From Calditrichaceae bacterium (GTDB taxonomy: Bacteria > Calditrichota > Calditrichia > Calditrichales > JBFXGD01), in assembly GCA_050173015.1 (NCBI GenBank), contig JBFXLE010000008.1, positions 584-64,583 on the forward strand: a stretch of DNA of 64,000 bases, read 5' to 3'. Every line of letters starts with the position of its first letter. Position 1 is the stretch's first letter. The notes under the pieces are model-generated. The model saw only the letters and a program-made list of their open reading frames with translations. It ran no database searches and had not been told where the DNA came from. Shown here one piece after another: positions 39,342-50,695 of the stretch. The translations under genes and the position numbers were made by a program.

Positions 39342-39423
39342 ATATTTTTCCCCGGAAGATTTATCTCAAAAAGAACAGTCCAAATATAAAAAAATTAACT
39401 ACAAATCGTTATTAAAATACAAT

Positions 39424-39453
39424 AAAAAAAGCCCGCACTAAAAAGTCGGGCTT
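39424..39453 (-). terminator. Terminator downstream of sod
   Basis: AAGCCCG...CGGGCTT stem with a T-run on the minus strand. Confidence 0.75.
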
Positions 39454-39474
39454 CGGATTGATTAAAATTCTATT

Positions 39475-40101
39475 CTATTTTTTATACATATCATACTGGT
39501 CAGCGACAGCATTCCAGTTGATCACATTAAAAAACGCCTCCAGATAATCGGGTCTGCGATTCTGATATTTAAGATAATAAGCATGCTCCCAGACATCCAC
39601 TCCCAGAATCGGCCGGCCCTTAACTTCAGCAACATCCATAAGCGGATTATCCTGATTTGGAGTTGAACATACTTCAAGTTTCCCGCTCTTGTTTATAATC
39701 AACCATGCCCATCCGGATCCAAATCTTGTAGCGCCCGCTTTTATGAAATCAGATTTAAATTTGTCAAAGGCCCCAAAGGAATTTTTAATGGCATTGGCGA
39801 GATCGCCTGTGGGCTCTTTACCGGCCTTTGGCCCCATGAGTTTCCAGAAGAACGAATGATTCCAATGACCGCCACCGTTATTCCGAACAGCTGTGCGGAT
39901 ACTGTCCGGCAAAGTTTTTATTTCTGACAGCAATTTTTCCGGTGATTTATCCTGCAGATCATTAAACTCTTTTAACGCGCCGTTTAAATTGTTTACATAG
40001 CCTCCATGATGTTTGCCATGATGGATTTCCATGGTTCGGGCATCGATGTATGGTTCCAGCGCATCATAAGAATATGGAAGTTCCGGCAATAAATGTGACA
40101 T
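39475..40101 (-). CDS. sodA: Superoxide dismutase, Mn-type signature
   Basis: [25 protein letters not shown]. Confidence 0.95.
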   Translation of the reverse strand: MSHLLPELPYSYDALEPYIDARTMEIHHGKHHGGYVNNLNGALKEFNDLQDKSPEKLLSEIKTLPDSIRTAVRNNGGGHWNHSFFWKLMGPKAGKEPTGDLANAIKNSFGAFDKFKSDFIKAGATRFGSGWAWLIINKSGKLEVCSTPNQDNPLMDVAEVKGRPILGVDVWEHAYYLKYQNRRPDYLEAFFNVINWNAVADQYDMYKK

Positions 40102-40303
40102 TTTTTATCTCCTTCAATTTTGAATTTATTTATTATTTTCCAATCGTTATGTGTAATCAAAATTTGGACGAATTTATTCCAGAGATTCTCTGTTTTAAGC
40201 AAATTTTAAGGATAGGTAAATATTGGTCAGCAGGGAAATTCTGATCGAAACATTCAGATTTAAAATGGGGGAAAAATATAACGAAGTATTATAAACACTA
40301 ATA

Positions 40304-41335
40304 TCAATCTAATTTTGCTTTGATTTCTCCTTTCACACCTTCAATTTTAATCAGTTCAGTAGTTATATGTCCCACAAGAATTTCACTGGTCATTTGAACA
40401 GGAATTTTCCTGTCATCATCAGTCAACCAAATTTTCAAACTTCCTTTTTGTTTAAATAAACCCTCGCCTTTCATCATAGGCTCCACCACAAGACATCTGA
40501 ATCGTCCGGCTTCAACTTCGATTATCTCCTTTTCATAAACCTTGACTTCAAGATCATAAACTTTGTCTTTATCATGATTGCTCATAAATATGGATTTCCC
40601 GACTTCAATATCCATATTCCGGATAAAATAAAAAGCGGACAGTACATCCTGTACATATTTTGGGGTTTTAATAGAAAAATTTTTACGGCTTTTTTCTTTC
40701 ATATTTTTTTCATAACGAATAAATTCAACTTTGGCCGTTGAATTTTCAGGAATATAATCCACGAACAGGTCCGCCTTATATCCGCCTTCCCTCAACTTTT
40801 TCTCGAAGCGGATTGGATACAAACCATCCGTATCCATATAAGTATTAACGACATCATCAACTTTGTACATCCAGTTAAAGGCTGAAACGCTTTTTGCCGT
40901 GGTTTGGATGTGATACACCATACGCTTTTCTTTCTGCTTTTTAGAAAGAACTTTCATTTCGGCTGTTCCCGCTCTGATAAATCCAAACCGTATCTTAAAC
41001 TTTAGTTTTTCACCGACTTCAAAAGCATGATTGTTTATTTTCGAAGATTTTTTTGGTAGATCGATCTTCTTATCTTGATTCTCCGGTTTAATTGTATCAC
41101 CGACCGCTTTAATGATCCCTACATCATCCGCTTTAGGGCTGTCAACCGCCGATGAATCGAGGATGATAAGAACGGATTCTGTTGAGTCCTCTGTTTCCGT
41201 CATTAACGAATCAGTCAGCGTATCCGGATGCGCAAGGTGATTAATATGTTCGGTGGAATCCTGGGCATGGATATTTATGATCAGGAAAAAGAGCGGTGTA
41301 ATAACATGCCGAAAAAGCGGTAATTTTTTATTCAT
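40304..41335 (-). CDS. DUF3108-like exported protein
   Basis: Signal peptide, acidic linker, GEKLKF, DVLSAFY, IWLTDDDRKIPV. Confidence 0.8.
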   Translation of the reverse strand: MNKKLPLFRHVITPLFFLIINIHAQDSTEHINHLAHPDTLTDSLMTETEDSTESVLIILDSSAVDSPKADDVGIIKAVGDTIKPENQDKKIDLPKKSSKINNHAFEVGEKLKFKIRFGFIRAGTAEMKVLSKKQKEKRMVYHIQTTAKSVSAFNWMYKVDDVVNTYMDTDGLYPIRFEKKLREGGYKADLFVDYIPENSTAKVEFIRYEKNMKEKSRKNFSIKTPKYVQDVLSAFYFIRNMDIEVGKSIFMSNHDKDKVYDLEVKVYEKEIIEVEAGRFRCLVVEPMMKGEGLFKQKGSLKIWLTDDDRKIPVQMTSEILVGHITTELIKIEGVKGEIKAKLD

Positions 41336-41629
41336 GAGCATCTCCATCAAATCAGCAATATATTATCTACGTGAATTATACACAATAAGTTTTAATTCAT
41401 CTGAAGCAAAATTTGTTATGCCGCCTCAGAACCGGAGCTGTTTTTATCGAATCATTTGCAAAATTATAATTAAAAAACCATCATCATAATTCCCCGTATC
41501 GACGGACAAAATTATAAAAAAGCAGAAAGACCGCATTTTTATAAATATCACAGACATTTTGAAAAATACGCATTTTTTCCTAATTTTCAGATCATTTTAT
41601 TAAACAGATTTTGATATGGAGAAGACAAA

Positions 41630-42583
41630 GTGAAGATAATGGTTACCGGCGGCGCCGGATTTATAGGATCAAACCTGGCCGATACGCTGCTCGATCAGAA
41701 TATGGAAGTTATTGCCATAGATAATTTCGACTCGTTTTACGATAGAAAAATTAAAGAAAACAATATCTCGCGAGCCATGGATTATAGGAATTTTCATCTT
41801 TACCGGACAGACATACTCGATCATGAGTCTCTGGAAAAAATATTCAGCAAACATAATCCCGATATGATTGTACACCTTGCCGCGAAAGCCGGGGTCAGGC
41901 CATCAATCGATGATCCGGCCGGGTATATGAAAACCAATATCGAAGGTACAACCAATTTACTGGAATTATCAAAAACTCATAAAATCGGTAAGTTTATCTT
42001 CGCCTCATCTTCATCTGTTTACGGCAACAATAAAAAAGTGCCGTTTTCTGAAACGGATCCCGTGGATGAACCCATATCTCCTTACGCGGCGTCAAAAAAG
42101 GCCGGTGAACTCATTTGTTATAATTATCATCATCTTTATAATATGAACATTTTCGCGCTGCGTTTTTTTACGGTATATGGTCCGCGGCAGCGTCCGGAGA
42201 TGGCGATTCATAAATTCACACGGCTGATCGATGAAGGAGGCCAGGTACCGGTATATGGCGAAGGCATACCAAGAAGAGACTTTACTTATATTACGGATAT
42301 TATCGACGGCATAAAACAGGCTATGTTGAATGTGAGCGGCTTTGAAGTGATCAACCTCGGTGAATCGCGGACCATCAGTGTCAGCGATTTAATCACAGAA
42401 ATAGAAAATGCCGTAGGAAAGAAGGCAAAAAGAGTACTTTTACCGATGCAGCCCGGGGATGTGATCGAAACATTCGCGGATGTCACAAAGGCAAAAAATC
42501 TTCTTGGTTACAAACCATCCACAAGCATTGCAGAAGGAATTTCCGGGTTCACAGACTGGTATTTCAGTCAGAATAACAAATAG
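41630..42583 (+). CDS. NAD-dependent epimerase (UDP-glucuronate 4-epimerase-like)
   Basis: TGGAGFIG, HLAAKAGVR, SSSSVYG, YAASK, RFFTVYGP. Confidence 0.92.
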   Translation: MKIMVTGGAGFIGSNLADTLLDQNMEVIAIDNFDSFYDRKIKENNISRAMDYRNFHLYRTDILDHESLEKIFSKHNPDMIVHLAAKAGVRPSIDDPAGYMKTNIEGTTNLLELSKTHKIGKFIFASSSSVYGNNKKVPFSETDPVDEPISPYAASKKAGELICYNYHHLYNMNIFALRFFTVYGPRQRPEMAIHKFTRLIDEGGQVPVYGEGIPRRDFTYITDIIDGIKQAMLNVSGFEVINLGESRTISVSDLITEIENAVGKKAKRVLLPMQPGDVIETFADVTKAKNLLGYKPSTSIAEGISGFTDWYFSQNNK

Positions 42584-42610
42584 AAACCGATGATTTCATT
42601 ATTATGACTT

Positions 42611-44536
42611 TTATGTGCGATCAGCCGTTTCTTCCTCTGTTGTTTTGGTGATAAACTGATTTTTACTTAACGTCCGGTAAATTTCATTGGTTTGTAAGAG
42701 CTCATTGTGTGTGCCGACTCCTTCTATCACGCCGTTATTTAAGACCACTATCTTACTCGCGTTCGTAATAGTGGAGAGCCTGTGCGCGATCACAAGTACC
42801 GTCCGGCTTTCCAGTAATCGGTCTATCGCTTCCTGCACCAGCCGTTCCGATTCCGTATCCAATGCCGATGTTGCTTCGTCAAGAATTAGTATAGGCGGAT
42901 TTTTTAACAGAGCCCGCGCGATAGAAAGTCTTTGCTTTTGACCACCGGACAGACGTGTACCCTTCTCACCGATATGAGAATCGAGTCCGTTTTCCAGATT
43001 AACGATGAACTCCCAGGCATTTGCAGCCTTCGCCGCTTCTATGATCTGATCTTCACCGATATTTTCAAGTCCGTAAGCGATATTATACCGGACAGTTTCA
43101 TTAAACAATATGGTTTCCTGAGTCACTATTCCCATTTTTTTGCGCAGGGAATGCAGTGTCATGTCCCGAATATCGATTCCATCCAGAGTAATTTTACCGT
43201 CTGTATTTTGATAAAAACGGGGTAGTAGATTAACCAGTGTCGTTTTACCCGATCCGCTATGTCCCACAAAAGCAACCATTTCTCCTTTTTGGATCGTCAG
43301 ATTAATATTTTTTAATACATTTTCTCCGGATTCATTGTATTTGAATGAGACATTCTCAAGTTTAATATTTTTGTTGAATTCATCATATTGGATTGCATTT
43401 GGTTTTTCATAAACCTCAGGCTCGGAATCAATGACCGCGAAAATTCTTTCCGCCGCGGCTAGTCCGGTCTGGATGGTGTTATTTATGCCTGATAACTCTT
43501 TCAGCGGCTGAAACATAGTAAAGAGAAAAACGAGGAAGCGGATAAAATCTTCCGCGGAAAGTCCCTGATTAGAGTACACAAGATTACCGCCGTACCATAA
43601 AAGGAAAACAAGAATTGATACCTGAAGCGTCTCATTAACCGGTGAGGTCGCATAATTCATTTTCTGAGCGCGAAAATACTTCCTGAAATATTCCTTGTTG
43701 GCGTTTTCAAAGTTTTTTTCTTCCCGCGGCTCGTTGGTGAAGGCCTTTACAATACGAATCGCTGAAACCGCTTCCTGAAAAGTTGAAACCACATTGCCGA
43801 TCTGTTTAAAAACCCGCCTGCTCTTACGGCGCATACTTTGACCGATCTTGACAATCACGTACGCGCTGACCGGAATGATAGTAAGGGTGATCAGTGACAG
43901 CTTCCAGCTGATCAAAAACAAGATCACAATATTGGCCAATATCTGTACCGGTGAAAGAATCATATTACCGAAGCTCTTATCCAGTACCGTATTAACCGCG
44001 TTAACATCATTAAAAGCCACTGATGTGAGGTCACCGCTATGCCTTTTTTCAAAGAACGACAATGGCAGACGCAGCAAAGTTTTATGCAATTTATTTCTTA
44101 TATTCACAACAATATTTATTTCAATGAAACTCAATAAAACCCTGCGACCGTATTGTGTGATATTTTTTAAAAGAAATGACAGAAAAATGACAAAACACAC
44201 CACTATGAGAGTGTCGGAGCGATCGTCCTGAATAATTACGCTCTTAATATATAAATTCATCTTATCATAAATACTCAGATTGGCGCTAAATCCGAACATA
44301 TTCTTGATTTTATCTTTCTTTTGTTCGGAGGGAATTATAGAATTATCCGCACTTTCAGGCTGAACATTTTCTACCGACACAACCGTCTCCGGTGAAAACA
44401 GCTCGCGCATAAAATCAACCGAAATCCATAGTGAGAGATTGTTAAAACCTACGTAAAGTAGGGTCAGGAAGACAGCCAGAATTATGTGCTTCCAGTAGGG
44501 CTTCATGAATGCTAATATTTTAAAATATAATTTCAT
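42611..44536 (-). CDS. msbA: MsbA-like lipid A/core ABC exporter
   Basis: TMD plus GHSGSGKT, LSGGQKQR, DEATSALD; lies in the LPS cluster. Confidence 0.85.
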   Translation of the reverse strand: MKLYFKILAFMKPYWKHIILAVFLTLLYVGFNNLSLWISVDFMRELFSPETVVSVENVQPESADNSIIPSEQKKDKIKNMFGFSANLSIYDKMNLYIKSVIIQDDRSDTLIVVCFVIFLSFLLKNITQYGRRVLLSFIEINIVVNIRNKLHKTLLRLPLSFFEKRHSGDLTSVAFNDVNAVNTVLDKSFGNMILSPVQILANIVILFLISWKLSLITLTIIPVSAYVIVKIGQSMRRKSRRVFKQIGNVVSTFQEAVSAIRIVKAFTNEPREEKNFENANKEYFRKYFRAQKMNYATSPVNETLQVSILVFLLWYGGNLVYSNQGLSAEDFIRFLVFLFTMFQPLKELSGINNTIQTGLAAAERIFAVIDSEPEVYEKPNAIQYDEFNKNIKLENVSFKYNESGENVLKNINLTIQKGEMVAFVGHSGSGKTTLVNLLPRFYQNTDGKITLDGIDIRDMTLHSLRKKMGIVTQETILFNETVRYNIAYGLENIGEDQIIEAAKAANAWEFIVNLENGLDSHIGEKGTRLSGGQKQRLSIARALLKNPPILILDEATSALDTESERLVQEAIDRLLESRTVLVIAHRLSTITNASKIVVLNNGVIEGVGTHNELLQTNEIYRTLSKNQFITKTTEEETADRT

Positions 44537-44582
44537 CTCTGCTCTTCAAAGTTCATTTTTGTTAAAAATAGTTATTCGGGCG

Positions 44583-45632
44583 TCATTCCACCAGTTCGGG
44601 AATCCATTTTTTTATGATCTCAGCGGCTCTCTTTCCCGCCTGACCGTCAAGCTTGTCATAAATAATTGTATTGGCTCTCCGGCGTTGTTCACTTTTTTCT
44701 CCGGGAGCCGATAATCCTTCTTCGATAGCCCTTTTTAATTGCGCGCTTTCTTCAATTTTTATGCTTATGTCTTCAAGAATGTCAAATATTTCCGGAACGC
44801 TTCTTCTTGCCTTTTTAACGCTGAACGTGACTATAGGACGATCGAGCGCGCAGAACTCGGCGATTATTGAACTTACATCTCCGATAAGTATGTCTGAAAT
44901 CGCAAGATACGGCAAAATATCCACATCTTCTATAAAATAGATATTTTTTAACGACTTAAGCCGATTGACATATTTTTTTGATGTCCAGGCGTGCACGGTA
45001 ACGAGAATATTATATTGATTTGAAAGACCTTCCAGTTCGTTTATCCACTTTTCAATGGCTGACATACTCGACGCATCATAAGTCGCCGTAAAAATGACTG
45101 TCTTTTTTTTGTTGTCAATTCCCGTTTTTGTTCTGACCGATTCTAAATTTTTATCATCATAAACACCGTTGAACAAGGGATCAAGTTTTGGAAATCCGAC
45201 GGATACGGCTGATTTAATCCCGATTCTCCGGCCTAATTCCACTTCCCTTTCACTTGTCATCATAAATACATCAAACGCGTTGTAATTAGCGGCTCTTGTG
45301 AATTTCTTAAAATGGTAAGGACCATGCCTTAATCCGATTTTTACTATCTTGTTAACAGGAAATTTATGCGCGGCATGCCTGAACATGATGACCGCGTCGG
45401 GAAATGATGGAATTCTCCCCGGATTGATTCCCCTTGCTTTAAGAAACGGACGGGCTTCTTTCGCCGCCGCCAGATGAACAGGCGGAAGATATTTTTGTAT
45501 GGTCTCGAACAGAACATAGTCCAATGGTTCTGCAATATAGCACACCACCGCCGGATGATGAACTCTTAGTAATCTCAAGAGATACCATGCGGCTTTATAG
45601 GGATATTTATAAATGTAATAGGGTACAACCAT
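44583..45632 (-). CDS. CDP-glycerol glycerophosphotransferase (TagB/TagF-like) family protein
   Basis: RHG, GFPKLD, FTATY, VH, DILIGDVSS..AEF..LDRP. Confidence 0.75.
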   Translation of the reverse strand: MVVPYYIYKYPYKAAWYLLRLLRVHHPAVVCYIAEPLDYVLFETIQKYLPPVHLAAAKEARPFLKARGINPGRIPSFPDAVIMFRHAAHKFPVNKIVKIGLRHGPYHFKKFTRAANYNAFDVFMMTSEREVELGRRIGIKSAVSVGFPKLDPLFNGVYDDKNLESVRTKTGIDNKKKTVIFTATYDASSMSAIEKWINELEGLSNQYNILVTVHAWTSKKYVNRLKSLKNIYFIEDVDILPYLAISDILIGDVSSIIAEFCALDRPIVTFSVKKARRSVPEIFDILEDISIKIEESAQLKRAIEEGLSAPGEKSEQRRRANTIIYDKLDGQAGKRAAEIIKKWIPELVE

Positions 45633-46652
45633 TTAAACATCCCCGAATTTTTGCCTGACGCGCGACAAGACCTGTTCAGGTAAGATTTCTTTCATACAAT
45701 TGTGATGTTTTAGCGGGCACGCGCTTCCACCGTGACTGCTGCATGGCCGGCAATCAAGATCAATTTCAAAGACAATATCGTTTTCCCTAAATGGAAAATA
45801 TCCTATGGAACGAACGGTGGGACCGAAGAACGCGAAGACATCTGTCTGCATCGCGTTGGCAATATGAAGCGGACCACTGTCATTACAAATCATCAGATCA
45901 CAATTTTGTATAATCGCCGCGGATTCCAGTATATTTGTTTTTCCGGTTAGATTAACGGCGGCAGATTTTGAATCATTTATGATTTTTTCGTTTAATTCAT
46001 ATTCATTTCCGGCGCCGATAAAGATCATATTAAATTTTTCATCATGCAGCATTCCCGCCAAACGGCTGTAATATTCTTCCGGCCATCGTTTTGTAAACCA
46101 GACAGAACCGGGAGCGATTGCGATAACCGGCCGTCCTGGAAACGGTAAACCGGAAATTATTTTCCCGGCGCGCTTATTCATCGCTTCATCCGGAAACAAT
46201 TCACTCTGCATATCAAATTCGCGGTCAGTAAATACCGTCAACAAGTGCAATATCCTTTTGATCTTATGAACATTGTTAATATGGGGCACTTTTTTCGTCA
46301 GATGTTTTGCCGCCTGCCAGCGGTCAAATCCCAAACGCTCTTCTATACCGCCCAATTTCATGAGATAGGCGGTGGTTATAGAACTATGCGGGGATATAGC
46401 CAGATCATACTCATTCTTACGGATATTCTTGACGGTACGCCAGAACGCGGTCAATTTATTGTTCCGTTTATCAAATGTGATGACATTTCTCAGATATGGA
46501 TTATTTTCGAGGACACCTTTTGTTTGTGGAATAACCATCGCATCAATTACGGCTTCCGGAAAAAGTTCACTGACTGCCCTTATTAGAGGTGTAATCAGAA
46601 TAACATCGCCAAGATATGCTGTTTGTATAATTAAAATTTTATTTGGTTTCAT
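45633..46652 (-). CDS. GT9 LPS heptosyltransferase (WaaF-like)
   Basis: AYLGDVIL, APGSVWFTKRWP, NDSGPLHIA, CRPC. Confidence 0.92.
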   Translation of the reverse strand: MKPNKILIIQTAYLGDVILITPLIRAVSELFPEAVIDAMVIPQTKGVLENNPYLRNVITFDKRNNKLTAFWRTVKNIRKNEYDLAISPHSSITTAYLMKLGGIEERLGFDRWQAAKHLTKKVPHINNVHKIKRILHLLTVFTDREFDMQSELFPDEAMNKRAGKIISGLPFPGRPVIAIAPGSVWFTKRWPEEYYSRLAGMLHDEKFNMIFIGAGNEYELNEKIINDSKSAAVNLTGKTNILESAAIIQNCDLMICNDSGPLHIANAMQTDVFAFFGPTVRSIGYFPFRENDIVFEIDLDCRPCSSHGGSACPLKHHNCMKEILPEQVLSRVRQKFGDV

Positions 46653-46678
46653 CGTTTTGGACTACTTTCATCATATAA

Positions 46679-47797
46679 TCAGCTGCCCGGCTGTCTTTCA
46701 ATAAGGCTCTCATAAACCCTGATTGTTTTCTCAACCGTCTTTCTGATATCAAAATTTTCAACGGTGGTCAGTGCTTTTCGCCCTAATTCCTTCCGTTTCT
46801 CTTCATCATCAATTAATTTTAACATAGCTTCCGCGAGTCTGGCGGGATTTTGCGGTGGAACAAGCAAACCGTTTACACCGTCATACACCGCCTCAGGAAT
46901 ACCTCCTGTTTTTGTGGCAATGACCGGTAAACCAACCGACTGCGCGTCAAGAATAGATGTTCCGAGCCCTTCCAGCTTTGAAGCCAGGACGAATATATCA
47001 AAACTCTTAAGGAAGAGACCCACTTCTTTTTGAAACCCCGCGAATATAAATTTACCGCCAAGTTCCAGTTCCTTTGCCACTGACTTCACCTTTTCTTCAT
47101 CTGTTCCGCCGCCAAGCGCCATAAATGTTACATTGGGATTCGTATCCGTGACAATACGCGCTGCCCTTAATAAGGTGGGATAGTCCTTATGCCCCACAAT
47201 GGCGGCGACGGTTCCAACGATTATATTACCGGCCGGAATTTTCCATTCCTGAAGAAAGTCATCGGGAACCCGAATGTTGTCAAATTTATGCTGGTCGATC
47301 CCGCTATGAACAGTCGTAATTTTATGCGCCGGTAATCCGTCAGCAACAAGAACTGATTTAATATTATCGGATACGCAAATTATTTTATCCAGATAATTAT
47401 TATTATATTTCAGAACACTAAAAATATTTTTCCGGATACTGAAATCCACTCTTCTCGCGGCGATCAGTTTTATATCCGAATAAAACATTTTTGCCCATAA
47501 ACCGATTGCCAGCGCGTGCGCTGAATGCGCGTGAATAATATGAATGCGATTTTTCCGGCAGTATCCCGCAATCTTCCATCCCGAAACAAAATCGTACTCC
47601 CCGCGCATCTTTACTGCAAAATAAGGCACCTGGTTTTCGATACAATAAGATTCGTATCGTGAACCGGGCTGACATGCAAGATTTGATGAATATCCCTTTT
47701 CAATAAGTGACCGGTGCAGATAAACAGCCTGCTGCTGCCCTCCGCGCCACTCTTTTGCCGTATCGATATGCAATATTTTCAGTGATTTAGTTTCCAT
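46679..47797 (-). CDS. GT4 glycosyltransferase
   Basis: WRGGQQQ, HKD, EGLGTSILDA. Confidence 0.92.
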   Translation of the reverse strand: METKSLKILHIDTAKEWRGGQQQAVYLHRSLIEKGYSSNLACQPGSRYESYCIENQVPYFAVKMRGEYDFVSGWKIAGYCRKNRIHIIHAHSAHALAIGLWAKMFYSDIKLIAARRVDFSIRKNIFSVLKYNNNYLDKIICVSDNIKSVLVADGLPAHKITTVHSGIDQHKFDNIRVPDDFLQEWKIPAGNIIVGTVAAIVGHKDYPTLLRAARIVTDTNPNVTFMALGGGTDEEKVKSVAKELELGGKFIFAGFQKEVGLFLKSFDIFVLASKLEGLGTSILDAQSVGLPVIATKTGGIPEAVYDGVNGLLVPPQNPARLAEAMLKLIDDEEKRKELGRKALTTVENFDIRKTVEKTIRVYESLIERQPGS

Positions 47798-48522
47798 AAT
47801 TTGAGATATTTCAGATAAACGCCGTAAGCTGAATTTAGAGCAAGAACGAGCCCTTCCCGTCCATCCATCATGCCGGCCTGGATGATATACATTTTTATAA
47901 ATTTTACCATACCCCTGAATACCACGCCGGGTATCGATACTCTTTTACCTTTTCGAGATAATACTTCCGCTCCGATGGATGTGTACCGATCCATTTTGAT
48001 CAGATGCGAAGAAATGGTCGGATAAGTATAATGAAGCAAAGGTTCATTCAGTTTTCCGATATCACCCTCAATTTCCACAGACTCATGCACATCTTTTTCA
48101 TTAAAATTGCCATATTTTCTGTTAAACAGACGCAGGGGATAATCACGGTTCCACCCCGAATGCCGAATAAGTTTCCCAAGATAAAATGACATCCTTCTGA
48201 TTCTGTATCCGTTTTTATGAGTATTGTCTGACAATAACCGGCGAATTTTATCGGCAAGCTCCGGTGTCATTTCTTCATCGGCGTCAATAGAGAACAGCCA
48301 GTTATTAGAGGCTGTTGACACCGCGAGTTGTTTTGTCCGGCCAAATCCAAGCCATTCGGAAGAGGTGATCACACAGGAATAATCCCGGCAAATTTCCAGC
48401 GTCCTGTCGGTGGAACCCGAATCAATGATCACTATTTCATCAGCCCATCGCACAGATTTTAAACAGCGGCCGATATTTGATTCTTCATTTTTTGTAATTA
48501 TAACAATTGAAAGTTTTTCCAT
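47779..48522 (-). CDS. GT2 glycosyltransferase (WaaE/KdtX-like)
   Basis: ITKNEE, DSGSTD, IDADE, VHE. Confidence 0.92.
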   Translation of the reverse strand: MEKLSIVIITKNEESNIGRCLKSVRWADEIVIIDSGSTDRTLEICRDYSCVITSSEWLGFGRTKQLAVSTASNNWLFSIDADEEMTPELADKIRRLLSDNTHKNGYRIRRMSFYLGKLIRHSGWNRDYPLRLFNRKYGNFNEKDVHESVEIEGDIGKLNEPLLHYTYPTISSHLIKMDRYTSIGAEVLSRKGKRVSIPGVVFRGMVKFIKMYIIQAGMMDGREGLVLALNSAYGVYLKYLKLWKLNH

Positions 48523-48526
48523 GTGC

Positions 48527-49396
48527 CTATCTTAGCCGTATAACTTCAATTTTCTCATCACCCAGCGGATTTGAAACTCCGTGAACCGCGCGGTATTTCC
48601 CGTTGCGGATTTCCTTGATCCGGGTCTGGTAATATTCCTGATTAACCCGTTTACCGTCCACATGAAACGTCGGATGATAAAGATGAATCGGGTAGTCATC
48701 ATAGAAGACATTCTTTCCTATTATACGCGCTTTGTATAAACGTCTCCCCAAATCATCATCTTCATTACCCCATCCCTGATAATTCTCATCAAATCCGTCA
48801 ACTTTCAAAATATCCTCTTTCCCGATCGCAAAAACTCCGCCCCGTAATTTCGGTTTATGACCTTTGGTTCTTAACGTTTTTTTCAAATAATATTCAAACA
48901 AATCCGAATAGTACTGTTTATGGATCTTTTTTCTTTGCTCCGGACTGATCAGGGATGAATAATCCGCATCCTCTATCATCTTTTCAGTAAGCTGGTTCGT
49001 CTGATCTTCTCTGAGCCGGACCGGATAAGCGACCAAAAAAACGCCTTTTTCTTGATTATCGGTGAAGGTTTTCAGATAATTTTTTGTATAGACGATATCC
49101 TGATCAATAAAAATCAGTTGATCGCCTTCAGCCTCCCTTATGGCGTTATTTCTGCATTTAGCGAGGCGAAATCCTTTGTCATCCTGTCGCACAAACTTTA
49201 CCGCGCAATCCAGACCGGAAAGAGATTCCTTTATCACAGAAATAATATCTTCGCTTGAACCGTCATCCGATATGATCAACTCATCAATTTTGAATGATTG
49301 ACTTCGCAAAGCCAGCAGAGCGCTTCGGAGGAAGTGAGATCTGTTGTAAACGGTGATAATCAGCGTTACTTTTCCGGACATCGCATCAGTTTTCAT
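48527..49396 (-). CDS. GT2 glycosyltransferase
   Basis: TVYNR, DDGS, FIDQD, GFDENYQGWGNEDDD. Confidence 0.9.
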   Translation of the reverse strand: MKTDAMSGKVTLIITVYNRSHFLRSALLALRSQSFKIDELIISDDGSSEDIISVIKESLSGLDCAVKFVRQDDKGFRLAKCRNNAIREAEGDQLIFIDQDIVYTKNYLKTFTDNQEKGVFLVAYPVRLREDQTNQLTEKMIEDADYSSLISPEQRKKIHKQYYSDLFEYYLKKTLRTKGHKPKLRGGVFAIGKEDILKVDGFDENYQGWGNEDDDLGRRLYKARIIGKNVFYDDYPIHLYHPTFHVDGKRVNQEYYQTRIKEIRNGKYRAVHGVSNPLGDEKIEVIRLR

Positions 49397-49440
49397 AATA
49401 ATAAAATTTTCCTTATTCCAAGAACAATTCACCAAGAGTT

Positions 49441-50670
49441 TTAATGCTTTTTAATCAGATCTTCAGTCAATGCTTTCAGGTCTTCAATCCGGTTTGTCTT
49501 CCAGATCCTGGTTCGAATATTTTCCCTTTCTTTCCTGAAATCCAAATCGTTTAAGTTTTCGATTTGTGACAGCAGGGTTTTAAAATCATAACATTTAACA
49601 CCCGGTGTGATTTCATCAAAATTATAATAAAATTCACGGCTTTTCTGCATATACTCCTTTATATCGAACGGGAAAAAGATGATTTCCTTATCCAGCAGAA
49701 GATAATCCACATAAATGGATGAGTAGTCTGTCAATAGCGCGTCCGTAAATGGCAACAGCGGATAAATATCCATCTGATTGCTCAGTTGAAGTATATGTGT
49801 CAACCTGCTGAAAAGATCCGCGGGTAACTTCGTATTGCTATGAAATTTAACAAGCAGACAATAATTATGTTTTTTTAGCGTATCATTCAGTCTATCAATA
49901 TCGATACCTGAATCCTGCAAAAAATCGTTGTTTCCATCCCTGAATGTCGGCAGATAAAAAATAACTTTTTCAAAGGAATTCAGACGATCCAAAATAGACA
50001 GCGCCGATTTATCCTCGTGTTTGCTGATAATTTCCCTGAGCCGCGTCTTGTCATAATTGAAAATTGAATTTCTGGGATACGGGCCGTACACCGCGTTTGA
50101 ATCACCTATCCGGAACGCTCTTTTGAATACCGGCAGCAACTCGGCAGACGGAACCAGCAGGTGATCCGGTCTGCGATACAGCTCCGGAAAACTAACCGCT
50201 TTTATCCATCGCATTAACTTTGTTGATGATTGGTATTTCCAGGCAATACTTCCTTTGGTGATGTCAAATTCAATCTTTTTTAAGGGAACCCCGTGCCAAA
50301 AGTTTATATAAACCGCGCCCCCCGAAAGCCAATAATTGAGATCGCCAAGATTTGTATTACAAAAATAAAACTTACCGGCCAAAAGGTATTTTATACCTTC
50401 CAGGCTAAATCGATAATACGCGTTAATCCCTGATTTTCTAAATTTCTCCGCGCTGTCTCGGCTTTTTGAAAGCCAGACCGGAGTGATGGCCGGGAAATTT
50501 TTTTCGATGAACAAATACATATATTTTGTATTGTCATTAAAAGCTCTGTTATATGTTCCAAAAATCCAGACTTTTTTATCCCGGCGGGACAGAAAAGACA
50601 AAAAATAAACAAGAAACAAAGGCAGGCGAAACCATTTTTTGATCAGACGTTCGTAATATTTTAAATGCAT
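49441..50670 (-). CDS. CDP-glycerol glycerophosphotransferase (TagF-like)
   Basis: FNDNTKY, NFWHGVPLKKI, YPRN, YLPTFRD, KFH, TDYSSIYVDY. Confidence 0.9.
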   Translation of the reverse strand: MHLKYYERLIKKWFRLPLFLVYFLSFLSRRDKKVWIFGTYNRAFNDNTKYMYLFIEKNFPAITPVWLSKSRDSAEKFRKSGINAYYRFSLEGIKYLLAGKFYFCNTNLGDLNYWLSGGAVYINFWHGVPLKKIEFDITKGSIAWKYQSSTKLMRWIKAVSFPELYRRPDHLLVPSAELLPVFKRAFRIGDSNAVYGPYPRNSIFNYDKTRLREIISKHEDKSALSILDRLNSFEKVIFYLPTFRDGNNDFLQDSGIDIDRLNDTLKKHNYCLLVKFHSNTKLPADLFSRLTHILQLSNQMDIYPLLPFTDALLTDYSSIYVDYLLLDKEIIFFPFDIKEYMQKSREFYYNFDEITPGVKCYDFKTLLSQIENLNDLDFRKERENIRTRIWKTNRIEDLKALTEDLIKKH

Positions 50671-50695
50671 CAGGAAATTTCCTTACCGGTCACTC

